Of a stretch of 53,499 bases of DNA, positions 37,838 through 48,398 are shown piece by piece. The translations under genes and the position numbers were made by a program. Where the stretch lies: the NCBI GenBank assembly GCA_003551965.1, contig PUOC01000206.1:1-53499 (forward strand), written 5' to 3'. The number at the start of each line of letters is the position of its first letter. Position 1 is the stretch's first letter. This stretch comes from Clostridiales bacterium. GTDB lineage: Bacteria; Bacillota; Limnochordia; Darwinibacteriales; B1SED10-159. Under the pieces are notes generated by a model, which was not told where the DNA came from, ran no database searches, and was given only the letters and a program-made list of their open reading frames with translations.

Positions 37838-38830
37838 TTATTTCTTTGCCCAGCTCATCATCTTGCGAAGTTCTTCACCCACCTGTTCAATGGGGTGTTG
37901 TGCTTCTTGAGCCCGCTGTCGGTTAAAGCTTGGACGGTTGGCCTGGTTTTCCAAAATCCAGCTCTTAGCAAAGCGGCCATCCTGAATGGCTTCAAGTACG
38001 CGGCGCATTTCTGCTTTGGTATCGTCGGTGATGATCCGTTTGCCCACTTCATAGTCACCGTATTCGGCTGTATCACTGATGGAATAGCGCATATAGCTCA
38101 AACCGCCCTCATTCATCAGGTCCACAATCAATTTCAATTCATGGAGGCACTCAAAATAGGCGCTTTCCGGCTGGTATCCCGCTTCGACCAATACCTCGAA
38201 ACCGGCTTTAACGAGGGCGCTGACGCCGCCGCAGAGCACCGTCTGCTCACCAAACAAGTCAGTCTCTGTTTCTTCCTCGAAGGATGTTTCTAGAATACCG
38301 GCCCGGGCACCACCAATACCGGCAGCGTAGGCCAGAGCCATTTCCTTGGCCGTTCCGGATGGATCCTGTTCCACAGCAATCAAGCAGGGAACTCCTCTAC
38401 CTTCCTGGTACTGGCTGCGGACCGTGTGGCCTGGCCCCTTAGGAGCAACCATGAACACGTCAACATCCGCCGGCGGTTGAATCTGGCCGTAATGAATATT
38501 GAAACCATGGGCAAACACCAGGGCTTTCCCCGGCTTCAAATGCGGTTCTATGGCCTGCTTGTACAGAGCCGGTTGTTTTTCGTCATTCAGCAGCAAAATG
38601 ATAATATCCGCCATCTCAGCGGCCTGGGAAGAAATCGCCACCTTAAGGCCCGCCTGCTCAGCCTTGGGCCAGGAACGACTTCCCTCGTAGAGGCCTACCA
38701 CCACATCGACTCCCGACTCGTGCAGGTTCAAGGCATGGGCATGTCCCTGGCTGCCATAACCAATCACCGCTACCGTTTTCCCCTTGAGCAAATCGAGGTT
38801 GCAGTCCTGTTCGTAATACATTTCAGCCAT
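37838..38830 (-). CDS. ilvC: Ketol-acid reductoisomerase
   Basis: [34 protein letters not shown] and SDTAEYG motifs. Confidence 0.97.
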   Translation of the reverse strand: MAEMYYEQDCNLDLLKGKTVAVIGYGSQGHAHALNLHESGVDVVVGLYEGSRSWPKAEQAGLKVAISSQAAEMADIIILLLNDEKQPALYKQAIEPHLKPGKALVFAHGFNIHYGQIQPPADVDVFMVAPKGPGHTVRSQYQEGRGVPCLIAVEQDPSGTAKEMALAYAAGIGGARAGILETSFEEETETDLFGEQTVLCGGVSALVKAGFEVLVEAGYQPESAYFECLHELKLIVDLMNEGGLSYMRYSISDTAEYGDYEVGKRIITDDTKAEMRRVLEAIQDGRFAKSWILENQANRPSFNRQRAQEAQHPIEQVGEELRKMMSWAKK

Positions 38831-39386
38831 GATGCGGTGTCCTCCCTATTTCTGAATAGTTTTCGTCCAGCTCGATATCATCCAATCCAATAGTTCTGTT
38901 GCCCCGCTGCAGGGCGGTCAATCCCGTGCGTACCAACTCTTGTATGCCGTAAGGCTGCATCAATTCTACAAAAGCTTCAATTTTTGATTGGTCACCGGTT
39001 AGTTCTACGGTTACGGCATCGGGGGCCACATCAATAATGCCCCCCCTAAAGATGTCCACAATGCCCGATATCGCAGACCGATTTTCTGCATCGGCATTCA
39101 CTTTGACCAAAACAAGCTCACGGTAGACGGAACTTTCTGGCGGCAGAAACACCACCTTGATGACGTCCACCAATTTGTCCAGCTGCTTTTTGATCTGTTC
39201 CAACGTGGCATCGTCACCCCGGGCCACAATGGTCATTCGAGAAATGTCTTCTCGCTGCGTAACACCCACAGACAAACTGTCAATGCTGTATCCCCGGCGG
39301 CTGAAAAGTCCTGCAACCCTGCTGAGTACGCCGGTCTGGTTGACCACCAGCACAGATAACACATGGCGGTTGACGTTTTCATTCAT
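38823..39386 (-). CDS. ilvN: Acetolactate synthase small (regulatory) subunit
   Basis: [43 protein letters not shown] and ELVRTG motifs. Confidence 0.96.
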   Translation of the reverse strand: MNENVNRHVLSVLVVNQTGVLSRVAGLFSRRGYSIDSLSVGVTQREDISRMTIVARGDDATLEQIKKQLDKLVDVIKVVFLPPESSVYRELVLVKVNADAENRSAISGIVDIFRGGIIDVAPDAVTVELTGDQSKIEAFVELMQPYGIQELVRTGLTALQRGNRTIGLDDIELDENYSEIGRTPHHG

Positions 39387-39432
39387 CGTGTGACAACGCT
39401 CCTCTCACTCTGCCCATTCGAAGGCAGGATCG

Positions 39433-41109
39433 CTATTCTTCCGTAATAATGTCCTCAATGGCCGCTCCCGGAGGAACCATGGGAAAGACCTTGTCGTTAG
39501 GATCGACTTCACAGTCTATCACTACGGTGCCATCAGCATTCATGGCCTGCATCAACACATCATCCACGTCTTCGGTGCGGCTGAGGCTCAGCCCAGTGGC
39601 ACCGTATGCCTCGGCCAACTTAACGAAATCGGTGGTGCGGTCAATGGTCGTCTGGGAGAAGCGGCGGTCAAAAAACAGATCCTGCCATTGGCGTACCATG
39701 CCTAAGGCGCGGTTGTTAAGGATCACTACGATGATGGGCAGATTGTACTCCACAGCGGTCGCCAGTTCATTACAGTTCATGCGAAAGCTGCCGTCACCGG
39801 CAATGTTGAATACCTGTTTTTCAGGTCGCCCGATCTGGGCCCCAATGGACGCTCCCAGGCCGAACCCCATGGTTCCGAGGCCTCCCGAAGAGATCCATGT
39901 CCGCGGTTCCTGGTATTTATAGAACTGCGCTGACCAGATCTGGTTCTGGCCTACTTCCGTGGCAATCACGGCATTGCCTTGGGTCAGTTCATAGATCCGC
40001 TCTACGACATACTGGGGCTTTAGGCCGTTCCCCTTGGGATAGGTGAGAGGATATGCCTTCTTCAACTGGGCAATTTCCTGCAGCCAGTCCTGGTTTGGTT
40101 CCACTGCGCTGTTCTGCAGCCGTTCATTGAGACGCTGCATAACATACTTCAGATCACCCACGATATGATAGTGCGTCTTGATATTCTTGTTGATTTCCGC
40201 CGGGTCGATGTCAATATGGAGGATTTTGGCATCGGGGGCAAACCGCTTGGCATTGCTTACGACGCGATCACTGAAGCGAGCCCCCACGGCAATGAAGAGA
40301 TCGCATTGGGTGGCAGCCACATTGGAGGCCTTTGTCCCGTGCATGCCGATCATACCGCAGAACTGGCCATGGTTGCCGGGAAATCCGCCCAAGCCCATCA
40401 GACTGCAGCTGACAGGAGCTCCGACCCGTTCAGCGAACTCCAGCACATCCCTGTGGGCACCGGAACAGATGACGCCGCCGCCGGAAAAAAGAAAAGGACG
40501 CCTGCTCTCGGTGATCATCTCTATGGCGCCTTCTAAAGAGTCAGCTGTTACCTGTTCATTGTGTTCTGCCAGAGGAAGCGGTTCCTGGCGCCGGTACTCG
40601 GTCTTGTTGACGGTAACATCCTTGGGAACATCGACCAATACCGGCCCGGGACGCCCTTCCCGTGCAATCTGAAAGGCCCTGCGGACGACATTGTGCAGTT
40701 GATTGACATCGCGCACGATGAAATTGTGTTTGGTAATCGGCATCGTCACGCCGGTAATATCCACCTCTTGAAAACTATCCTTCCCTAAGAGCGGCCCTCC
40801 CACGTTGCCGGTGAACGCCACCACGGGACTGGAGTCCATGTAGGCCGTGGCAATGCCTGTGACTAGGTTGGTCGCCCCCGGACCGGAGGTGGCCAGGCAC
40901 ACTCCCACCCGGCCGGTGGCCCTGGCGTAGCCATCCGCTGCATGGGCTGCTCCCTGTTCATGGGACGGCAAAATATGGCGAATGTCATCGGAATGTTTGG
41001 CTAAGGCATCATAGATGTTCAGCACGGCTCCGCCGGGATAACCAAAGATCGTATCGACGCCGTGCTCCTTAAGGCATTCCAGTATAATTTCAGCTCCTGT
41101 CAGCTGCAT
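39433..41109 (-). CDS. ilvB: Acetolactate synthase large subunit (biosynthetic)
   Basis: FGYPGGA, HEQGAAHAADGYAR, TSGPGATN, FQEVD, SGGLGTMG, GDGSF.MN and LGMVRQWQ motifs. Confidence 0.97.
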   Translation of the reverse strand: MQLTGAEIILECLKEHGVDTIFGYPGGAVLNIYDALAKHSDDIRHILPSHEQGAAHAADGYARATGRVGVCLATSGPGATNLVTGIATAYMDSSPVVAFTGNVGGPLLGKDSFQEVDITGVTMPITKHNFIVRDVNQLHNVVRRAFQIAREGRPGPVLVDVPKDVTVNKTEYRRQEPLPLAEHNEQVTADSLEGAIEMITESRRPFLFSGGGVICSGAHRDVLEFAERVGAPVSCSLMGLGGFPGNHGQFCGMIGMHGTKASNVAATQCDLFIAVGARFSDRVVSNAKRFAPDAKILHIDIDPAEINKNIKTHYHIVGDLKYVMQRLNERLQNSAVEPNQDWLQEIAQLKKAYPLTYPKGNGLKPQYVVERIYELTQGNAVIATEVGQNQIWSAQFYKYQEPRTWISSGGLGTMGFGLGASIGAQIGRPEKQVFNIAGDGSFRMNCNELATAVEYNLPIIVVILNNRALGMVRQWQDLFFDRRFSQTTIDRTTDFVKLAEAYGATGLSLSRTEDVDDVLMQAMNADGTVVIDCEVDPNDKVFPMVPPGAAIEDIITEE

Positions 41110-41187
41110 GATCCCACCTCAAATCGTTTGTACTCATGTATACACCGAAAGACAACGAAACGCAGTATTTGACACACACTGCCGCGG

Positions 41188-42864
41188 TCAATCCTGGAGA
41201 ACAGCGCCGGTATTGGCCGAGGTCACCAGCTTCGAGTAACGGGCCAGATATCCGCGGCTTATCTTTGCTTGCGGTGCCCGCCAGGCGTCCTTGCGCTGGG
41301 ACAGCTGTTCTGCATCCACTTGCAGCTCAATGGTGCCGGCGTGCATATCGATGGCGACGATATCCCCGTCCTGCACCAATGCAATGGGGCCGCCCTCAGC
41401 CGCTTCCGGAGACACATGGCCGATAGACGCCCCCCGGGTGGCACCGCTGAACCGTCCATCGGTAATCAACGCCACGTCCTTATCCAAGCCCATTCCGGCC
41501 AACGTCGATGTGGGAGCTAACATCTCCCTCATGCCCGGACCGCCCTTGGGACCCTCGTAGCGTATGATCACCACATCGCCTTTTTTTATTGCGCCGGCAG
41601 AGATCGCCTCTGATACTTCTTCTTCGGATTCGTATACCCGGGCCGGACCGGAATGGACAAGCATTTCTGAAGCCACGGCCGAGCGCTTCACCACACAGCC
41701 ATCGGGGGCAAGGTTGCCATAAAGAACCGCTATGCCACCGGTGCTGCTGTGAGGTTCCGCAATGGGGCGTATCACATCTTTGTTCCGGTTTTCGGCTGTT
41801 TTTATATTGTCACCAACGGTTTTGCGGGTCACGGTTGCCAGGTCGAGATAGAGCAGCTGCTGCTCTGCCAACTCCTTCATCACAGCCTGAACACCGCCGG
41901 CATGATAGAGATCTTCAATGTGGTGCGGGCCGGCGGGAGACAGCTTGCACAGATTTGGAGTCCGAGCACTGATTTCATTGGCCAGATCCAAGTCAAGGGT
42001 TAACCCCACCTCGTGGGCAATGGCGGGCAGATGCAGCATACTGTTGGTGCTGCAGCCCAAAGCCATGTCAACAGTCAGCGCATTGTGAAACGCTTCCTGG
42101 GTCATGATATCCCGAGGCTTGATATCCGCCTTCCATAGGGACATCACCGCCTCACCCGCCTGCTTGGCCAGCCGCACGCGTTCGGCGTAGACCGCTGGTA
42201 TCGTGCCGTTGCCCGGCAGTCCAAGGCCAAGCACCTCGGTCAGGCAGTTCATACTGTTTGCCGTAAACATGCCGGAACACGAACCGCACGTCGGGCAGGC
42301 ATGCTCTTCGTAGTCACGGAGTTCTTCTTCATCGATGGTCCCCGCCTGAGCCGACCCCACAGCTTCAAACATATTGGAGAGACTCAGCGCTCTTCCGGAA
42401 GAGGCGCCTTGTTCGGCGCGCCCCGCCATCATTGGCCCGCCGCTGACCACCACCGCGGGGATGTTGAGACGTCCCGCAGCCATGAGCATACCGGGTACAA
42501 CCTTGTCACAGTTGGGAACCATGACCAGAGCATCGAAACCATGGGCCATGGCCATCGTTTCAATGGAGTCGGCAATCAGTTCCCGGCTGGCCAGGGAATA
42601 ATGCATGCCCCGATGGCCCATGGCAATACCGTCGCAGACCGCGATGGCAGGAAATTCCATAGGCGTCCCGCCCGCTCGTTGGACACCGGATTTGGCAGCG
42701 GCGGCTATGGTATCCAAGTGAATATGGCCAGGAACCACATCGTTCTTAGAATTGACAATGCCTACCAAAGGAGCTTCTATTTCGCTGTCGGAATAGCCCA
42801 TGGCCTTAAAAAGAGAGCGATGCGGCGCTCGGTTGATCCCTGTCTTGACCATATCACTGCGCAT
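41188..42864 (-). CDS. ilvD: Dihydroxy-acid dehydratase
   Basis: [56 protein letters not shown] and GHVSPEAA motifs. ATG at 42864 with RBS AAGGAG. Confidence 0.97.
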   Translation of the reverse strand: MRSDMVKTGINRAPHRSLFKAMGYSDSEIEAPLVGIVNSKNDVVPGHIHLDTIAAAAKSGVQRAGGTPMEFPAIAVCDGIAMGHRGMHYSLASRELIADSIETMAMAHGFDALVMVPNCDKVVPGMLMAAGRLNIPAVVVSGGPMMAGRAEQGASSGRALSLSNMFEAVGSAQAGTIDEEELRDYEEHACPTCGSCSGMFTANSMNCLTEVLGLGLPGNGTIPAVYAERVRLAKQAGEAVMSLWKADIKPRDIMTQEAFHNALTVDMALGCSTNSMLHLPAIAHEVGLTLDLDLANEISARTPNLCKLSPAGPHHIEDLYHAGGVQAVMKELAEQQLLYLDLATVTRKTVGDNIKTAENRNKDVIRPIAEPHSSTGGIAVLYGNLAPDGCVVKRSAVASEMLVHSGPARVYESEEEVSEAISAGAIKKGDVVIIRYEGPKGGPGMREMLAPTSTLAGMGLDKDVALITDGRFSGATRGASIGHVSPEAAEGGPIALVQDGDIVAIDMHAGTIELQVDAEQLSQRKDAWRAPQAKISRGYLARYSKLVTSANTGAVLQD

Positions 42865-43236
42865 TGTACGGATGCTCCTTTGCTTTTTTGCGAATATCGG
42901 CCTCATAACATGAAAACTCACGGATTCCGCCAGCATGGCTTTGGTTTATAAGCGAATTTCCTTTAGGGTTTAGCTAACTTGTATTCTCGCTCCACAGCGA
43001 AATCCCTTGAACCTTTTTGTTACTTTTTCGTAAGAATCCTATGTTTTTTGCACAAATACCCAGAGACCGAAAAGCCCGGCCATGGAGGATCACCGCCGCA
43101 TGGCAGCGTGCCGTATACTCGTCCGGCCTATGCACCCCCTATGAATTTCTCCAGCGGGAAGACGATTATCGCAAGGGCGGGCCGAGAGGCTGGCCAAGAT
43201 AACTTCCCATGCAGCCCAGAAACACGAAATTCGCCA

Positions 43237-43265
43237 TTGACAAATGGCATCATTATGCATATAAT
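43237..43265 (+). promoter_or_regulatory. Consensus promoter of the leader-aroF unit
   Basis: Perfect TTGACA-17 nt-TATAAT. Confidence 0.85.
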
Positions 43266-43295
43266 TATGGAACTAACAGAAAGGGCGGGCGTGTT

Positions 43296-43406
43296 ATGAC
43301 TGCGAAGCAAACACCTACCCAGCAATACGGACTGTCGTCAAATCGATTCCGCTTCTTTACCAGCCGGGGCTTTTTTAGCGCCGGCTATTCGAAGTTGAAT
43401 CGATGA
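43296..43406 (+). CDS. Putative Phe(/Tyr)-rich leader peptide of aroF (36 aa)
   Basis: MTAKQTPTQQYGLSSNRFRFFTSRGFFSAGYSKLNR: 5 Phe in residues 18-27 and 2 Tyr. Purine-rich GAAAGGGCGGG upstream. Lies between the promoter and a terminator that precedes aroF. Confidence 0.65.
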   Translation: MTAKQTPTQQYGLSSNRFRFFTSRGFFSAGYSKLNR

Positions 43407-43465
43407 TTAGCTCTTCCGTATTCGTATAAGAAAGCGGCGCAGCCTTTCACATCTGCACCACCCAC

Positions 43466-43494
43466 GGGAGACTTTGGACAAAGTCTCTTTTTTT
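43466..43494 (+). terminator. Attenuator (intrinsic terminator) upstream of aroF
   Basis: GAGACTTT-GGAC-AAAGTCTC followed by TTTTTTT, about 30 nt before the aroF start. Confidence 0.8.
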
Positions 43495-43526
43495 GTTTCT
43501 ATACATCAAATTGGGGAGGTATCAGC

Positions 43527-44585
43527 ATGGTTATTGTCATGAAACCCGGTGCACCGCAAAGTGAAATGGAAAAACTGAGTAAGAAGTTCGAATCCATGGG
43601 TCTGTCGGTCCATCCAACCATTGGAGAAAACTACTCCATTCTAGGTCTTGTGGGAGACACCCAGCTTCTCACAGAAAGCGAAGTGGCGGCCAGCAGCAGC
43701 TATATCGATCGCATCATCCGCGTGCAGCACCCCTTTAAACTGGCCAGCAGACTGTTCCATCCAGAGGACTCCGTGATTGACGTGGAGGGCGTTAAGATAG
43801 GTGGCGGGAATCTCACGTTTATCGCCGGCCCCTGCGCGGTCGAAAGCCGCGACCAAGTCTTTGCCATTGCCGAGCAGGTAAAAGCGTCGGGAGCACACAT
43901 GCTGCGGGGCGGTGCCTACAAACCGAGAACGTCCCCTTACAGCTTCCAAGGTCTGCAGGAAGAAGGACTGCAGATCCTCAAAGAAGCCAAGGAAAAAACC
44001 GGCATGCCCATCGTTACGGAAATTATCACCCCCGATTTGGTGGAGCTCGTGGCTGATTACGTCGACGTTCTCCAGGTAGGGGCGCGCAACATGCAAAATT
44101 TTTCGCTGCTGCGCACCGTCGGCCAGACAAATAAGCCCATTCTACTCAAACGGGGCATGTCTGCAACCATTGAAGAGCTGATCATGGCGGCCGAGTACAT
44201 CATGTCGGAGGGCAACCCCAACGTCATCCTCTGCGAACGGGGCATTCGCACCTTCGAGACCTATACAAGAAATACACTGGACATCAGCGCTATACCCGCC
44301 ATCAAGGAGCTGTGTCACCTGCCAGTCATTGTGGATCCAAGCCACGCCGCCGGACGCTGGCATATGGTGGAACCGTTGGCCAAGGCTGCCATTGCCGCCG
44401 GAGCCGACGGTCTGATCGTGGAAGTGCACCACAAACCCGATGAAGCGCTGTCCGACGGAGCACAAAGCCTAAAGCCAGAAAAGTTCAACCGCCTGATCTC
44501 TGCCGTCCGTCAGATCGCAGCCATTGATGAGGATGTGCATCACCGGCATGTACCAGCCCAGGTGCGGGACAACGGGCTGCGTTGA
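43527..44585 (+). CDS. aroF: 3-deoxy-D-arabino-heptulosonate 7-phosphate (DAHP) synthase, type I-beta with N-terminal ACT-like domain
   Basis: [53 protein letters not shown] and SDGAQSL motifs. Confidence 0.95.
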   Translation: MVIVMKPGAPQSEMEKLSKKFESMGLSVHPTIGENYSILGLVGDTQLLTESEVAASSSYIDRIIRVQHPFKLASRLFHPEDSVIDVEGVKIGGGNLTFIAGPCAVESRDQVFAIAEQVKASGAHMLRGGAYKPRTSPYSFQGLQEEGLQILKEAKEKTGMPIVTEIITPDLVELVADYVDVLQVGARNMQNFSLLRTVGQTNKPILLKRGMSATIEELIMAAEYIMSEGNPNVILCERGIRTFETYTRNTLDISAIPAIKELCHLPVIVDPSHAAGRWHMVEPLAKAAIAAGADGLIVEVHHKPDEALSDGAQSLKPEKFNRLISAVRQIAAIDEDVHHRHVPAQVRDNGLR

Positions 44586-44599
44586 GAGGAGAGAACGCT

Positions 44600-45448
44600 T
44601 TGGAACAGCATTGGCATAGCATAATCAGTCAGCAGTGGATCGCCGACAACCTAGACAGCGACACATTGATACTGGCAGACTGCCGCTTTTCTCTGGCCGA
44701 CAGCGGTGAAGGGCGCAGGCTTTACCAAGAGGGCCATCTGCCCGGAGCCTATCACTTCGACCTAGAACAAGACCTTTCGGGCCCTCTGCAGGCCCATGGG
44801 GGCAGACATCCCCTGCCGGATCCGGAATTGCTGGCGGGAAAACTTCGCCAAGTAGGCATTGATGAACAATGCCTCGTTGTCGCCTATGATGACCAGCTCG
44901 GTGCCGGAGCGGCGCGGTTTTGGTGGCTGCTGCGGTATCTGGGGCATGGCAACGTCGGCGTCATGGACGGAAGCTTTGATCTGTGGGTACGGCAGGGATA
45001 TCCTGTCAGCACGGATATTCCCCATTCCAAGCCTGCACCCTTCGCCGCCCATGTCCAGCCGTATCGAAAGGCAGAGGTTGACGATGTTCGGAAGCAGGTA
45101 CCGAACGGCAAAGCAATCTTGGTGGATGCCCGGGAAGCTACTCGATTTCAGGGAATCGAAGAGCCGATTGATCCCAAAGCCGGACACATCCCCGGCGCCG
45201 TAAATGTGTTTTGGAAAGACAATGTGGACAGCCAAGGACGCTGGCACTTCCATGCCGTGAAAGATATGGCACGGCATCTGTCTCCTGATCAGGAGATCAT
45301 TGTATACTGTGGATCAGGCGTGACAGCCTGCCCCGTCATTCTTGGGTTCGAAGAACTGGGTTTCACCCATGTCCGGCTCTATGCAGGCAGCTGGAGCGAT
45401 TGGATCTCCTATCCGGACAACCCGGCCGCCGGCCTCGGGCAGACATAG
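44600..45448 (+). CDS. Tandem-domain rhodanese / 3-mercaptopyruvate sulfurtransferase
   Basis: GHLPGA, GGRHPLP, AARFWW, VDAR...RF.G..EP.D..AGHIPGA, YCGSGVTAC and LYAGSWSDW motifs. TTG start at 44600 (RBS GAGGAG) or at 44582. Confidence 0.9.
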   Translation: MEQHWHSIISQQWIADNLDSDTLILADCRFSLADSGEGRRLYQEGHLPGAYHFDLEQDLSGPLQAHGGRHPLPDPELLAGKLRQVGIDEQCLVVAYDDQLGAGAARFWWLLRYLGHGNVGVMDGSFDLWVRQGYPVSTDIPHSKPAPFAAHVQPYRKAEVDDVRKQVPNGKAILVDAREATRFQGIEEPIDPKAGHIPGAVNVFWKDNVDSQGRWHFHAVKDMARHLSPDQEIIVYCGSGVTACPVILGFEELGFTHVRLYAGSWSDWISYPDNPAAGLGQT

Positions 45449-45469
45449 CAAAACGACCGGACAACGAAG

Positions 45470-46054
45470 TCACGGCCGTGTCAGTGCCAGTTCGTCAAAA
45501 TGGCAGCGAAAACTGCTCGTCTGCGGACTGCAGGCATAGACGCCCACATAGACATCGGCATCTGCTGCCGGCAGGTGGGTAATACGCATCTGCCGGTATG
45601 TCTGCCCATCTTCGGAGTGATATAGGAAGAAATCTCGGCGCTGGCGGACCACGCGGTACCAAAGCGCAGAGATGTCCGACGCCGTATCGGTGGTAGCCCA
45701 ATCGGAGTAGCCGTGATTGGTCACCACCGAGCCAAGGCGGCCCAGAGAGGCATCTTCGTACTCTAAAGACTGCTTGATCCAATTCTCCCCATCGATCCGG
45801 ACCATCAGGCCGCACTGATCAAATTGGCCGGCGTAGCGAAAACGAACCCGGGCGGAAAAACAGAAGTCTTCTTTGACACTGCGCAGCAGGGCGTGGCCGT
45901 TGTCGCGCTGGAATCCATAGTGGGTGCGCTGCCAGAAATCGGTAGCGGGTTCTGTGGTAATCGTCAAGCCGCTTTCTCCTGTTCTGTAAACCGTTGGTTC
46001 GCAGAACCAAAAAAACGGCCGGGGAATTCCGTTGTCAAAAACATAGCTGGTCAC
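45470..46054 (-). CDS. DUF1349 (ConA-like) domain protein
   Basis: TDFWQRTHYGFQRDNGH, FDQCGL, WIK.S.EY, GSVVTN.GYSDW and GVYACSP motifs. Confidence 0.8.
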   Translation of the reverse strand: MTSYVFDNGIPRPFFWFCEPTVYRTGESGLTITTEPATDFWQRTHYGFQRDNGHALLRSVKEDFCFSARVRFRYAGQFDQCGLMVRIDGENWIKQSLEYEDASLGRLGSVVTNHGYSDWATTDTASDISALWYRVVRQRRDFFLYHSEDGQTYRQMRITHLPAADADVYVGVYACSPQTSSFRCHFDELALTRP

Positions 46055-46220
46055 GAGCGGTTTCCTCCCATAGGCGACGCCGCAGACAGCTGCCGATATG
46101 TAATGGGGCGCCGATTCACCACCCCGAGAATCCAGGATGCTGCATCGGCGCCGGGCACCTGCAAGGCAGTCCGAGTTTCAAACACATCTTCGGCACTGGC
46201 CATGAGCCAGCGTCAGCGTG

Positions 46221-46733
46221 TTAACGTACAGTCAAGACAAGGCTGCTTCCCTCTTCAATGCCCTTGTCGGCCAGCGCGCCGGATTTGGCAATCAGGATAT
46301 ACTGATAGCGGTCGTCTGGACGATAGCCATCGGTGGAACCGCTAGAGACGTTAAACACCTGCAGCAGTTCACCTTCTCTGTCGAAGAAGGCCATGTCCAC
46401 ATCGGTTCTCAGGTTCTCGAAACTGCGGGCGGCTGTGGCCTCGAAGGGAAAGACAAGATAAAGAAAGAGATCTTCCATGGCTTCCGCAGGCAAGCCCCGA
46501 AATGCGGCTGTGCGGCCGTCGGGGGTGGCTGCGTGGCGAACATCGATCTGCACTTCATCGCCATCGGCGGTTTCCAGCGTCACTACCATTTCGGGAAGTT
46601 CCATAACAGCCCGCACGGCCGGGTCACCGCGGCCTACGGTCATGAACAATACAATGGCCACAACAACGACAACGGCAACACCCACAATGATTACCTTTGG
46701 AGACAAGCCTTTTTTTGCTTCTGCACTCATCAA
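46221..46733 (-). CDS. Membrane-anchored DUF192-like protein
   Basis: N-terminal TM helix, then A.TP..R....GL, L.LVFP, F.NL...VDMAFFD.EG and Y.L.A.SG patterns resembling DUF192. RBS GAGGAGG. Confidence 0.55.
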   Translation of the reverse strand: MMSAEAKKGLSPKVIIVGVAVVVVVAIVLFMTVGRGDPAVRAVMELPEMVVTLETADGDEVQIDVRHAATPDGRTAAFRGLPAEAMEDLFLYLVFPFEATAARSFENLRTDVDMAFFDREGELLQVFNVSSGSTDGYRPDDRYQYILIAKSGALADKGIEEGSSLVLTVR

Positions 46734-46818
46734 ATATCCTCCTCTTTTCCACTCTTATTCGCAATGCATGATCGCCGGTGCCAGGCACAAGCGGCGCTTT
46801 CCTCCCTGGTGCACCCCT

Positions 46819-48381
46819 TCATCTGCCTTCGGTTGCAGCGGCCAACTTCTCCCATTCTCTGCGGTTTAACTGTATCCCTAAGCACGAGAGCAATTTGCGC
46901 TGGCCTACACTGCAATCACCCAACTGGCAGCGAAGTGAACCTCCGTATCGGAACCAACCCAACGTAAAACGAGACAGCTCATCCCATATTTCCATATATG
47001 ATTCCAAAGGGTCTGGACACGAGGTAAAGAGCCGCCTCAGTCGAACCTCTGCCTCCCCACTGACAAACAGTGCCAGCGAACACAGGACCCCATATCCCCT
47101 AACTACGCACTGCAGGTCCGTGTCGTGTGCCAAGGAAGCCTTGTCAAAGCAGACTGACCGAAAATGACGGTCGATCAAGCGTGTTACAGCTGCACATTCC
47201 CAGCAGTCCTGCAGGGACGCTGCGGGCTTCGGGCCCTGCCCGTCGAATCCATCACATGGACAACCCTCCCTTCTGGTGTAGGAGAACTTTCCGTCTCCTA
47301 CTTGCACGGAAAACCAAGGCTCAGCACACCAGCGGTTGTTCCATTCCGCCAACCGGCGCCGAATTGCTTCGGTACCTTCCAGACGACCATCGCTCACCTG
47401 AGCGCCGAGTTCCGCCAACCCCTGCTCAGCTTCTCTCAAACGCCTTTCTGCAGCGGTGTACGGGCCGCTTCGGACACTGCCATCGCCATCGGGTACATGG
47501 CAGCACACTTCTCCTTCTGTCTTCACGGCTGCCCCGCCGCGGGGAGCGTCCGGAAGGTGATCCACAGGGTGGGCTTGGCCTCTGGGGAAATCACCGCCGC
47601 CGGCAGAGCTTGGATCCCGGGCGGACCTTCCGACGGCAGCCGCCGCATGCGCTGTTCCGTCGCCAAGCACAAGCATACTGGGCAGATCAAACTGGCTCAC
47701 ATAGCTGGCTAAGGACGGCTCCAGTTCTTCAGCGGACCCGGAGAAGACACGCACCGAGCGAGGGCGGTGGCTATCGTCCGTAGCCAGGGCCACCACAAGT
47801 TTTCCTCCCCCCCCTTGAGGGACCACTTGATGCAGGTATAGAGTTCGTGCACGGTTGCGATTTCGGTGGTGGTCGTAGAGCGCATTGTCTATATTTTCTT
47901 TCTTTGCGCCTAACTCCTTCAGAGCACCATACCAGAACTCCAACCGGGGTGCCACCGAACGTCCCAGCAGAACGGGCCAAGCCGTTTGATTCCATCTGCG
48001 TACCAGCTTGTCGAAAACCATCGGATTGCTGTGGCAGACCAAATTCCAGATCATGACCGCCACCATATCCTGTTGAGCAGCCGTCAAACATTCGAGACTG
48101 GAGGTTACGCCAAGCTTTTTCATAAGACGCATAACGGCCATGCAGTCGCCGAAATTGGCTGAAAATTGGTACTTCATGGAGCCCACGTCGAATTTTGGCG
48201 GATCGCCATACTGCAGAGCCTCCTCCAAGGCTGCAATGGCATGGGCAGGCAAATCGGAAAGATTGAGAACGGTCTTGTTCCGCGGAACACCGCTCTCATC
48301 GCGGTACGATGTAACTAACAGGGGAGTCACATATACCTTATCCTTGTACCGCCGCTTAGCATAACTTACTCGCAGTTTCAT
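46819..48381 (-). mobile_element. IS1634-family transposase-derived protein, intact ORF with degenerate catalytic core
   Basis: The N-terminus Y...LLVTSYRD.SG.PRNKTVLNLS.LP is typical of IS1634 transposases. Recognisable remnants: LVVALATD..RP..VRVF.G, LGDG, IDRHFR and VRGY..LCSLA. No terminal inverted repeats seen. Confidence 0.7.
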
Positions 48382-48398
48382 AGCTACATTATACCACA
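48382..48398 (-). promoter_or_regulatory. Extended -10 promoter giving a probable leaderless mRNA for the transposase-derived ORF
   Basis: TGTGG-TATAAT-GTAGCT-ATG on the minus strand: 6 nt between the -10 and ATG, and no SD. Confidence 0.65.

Noticed and set aside
43000-43050. CodY box upstream of ilvD
   Set aside because: AT-rich, but too many mismatches to AATTTTCWGAAAATT to support.
42960-43085. ykkC/ppGpp riboswitch fragments (TAGGGTT...AAAAGCCCGG) near ilvD
   Set aside because: They are on the wrong strand for ilvD, lie upstream of the aroF promoter, and lack the GGUUCCG and CUGGUCCGAG elements.
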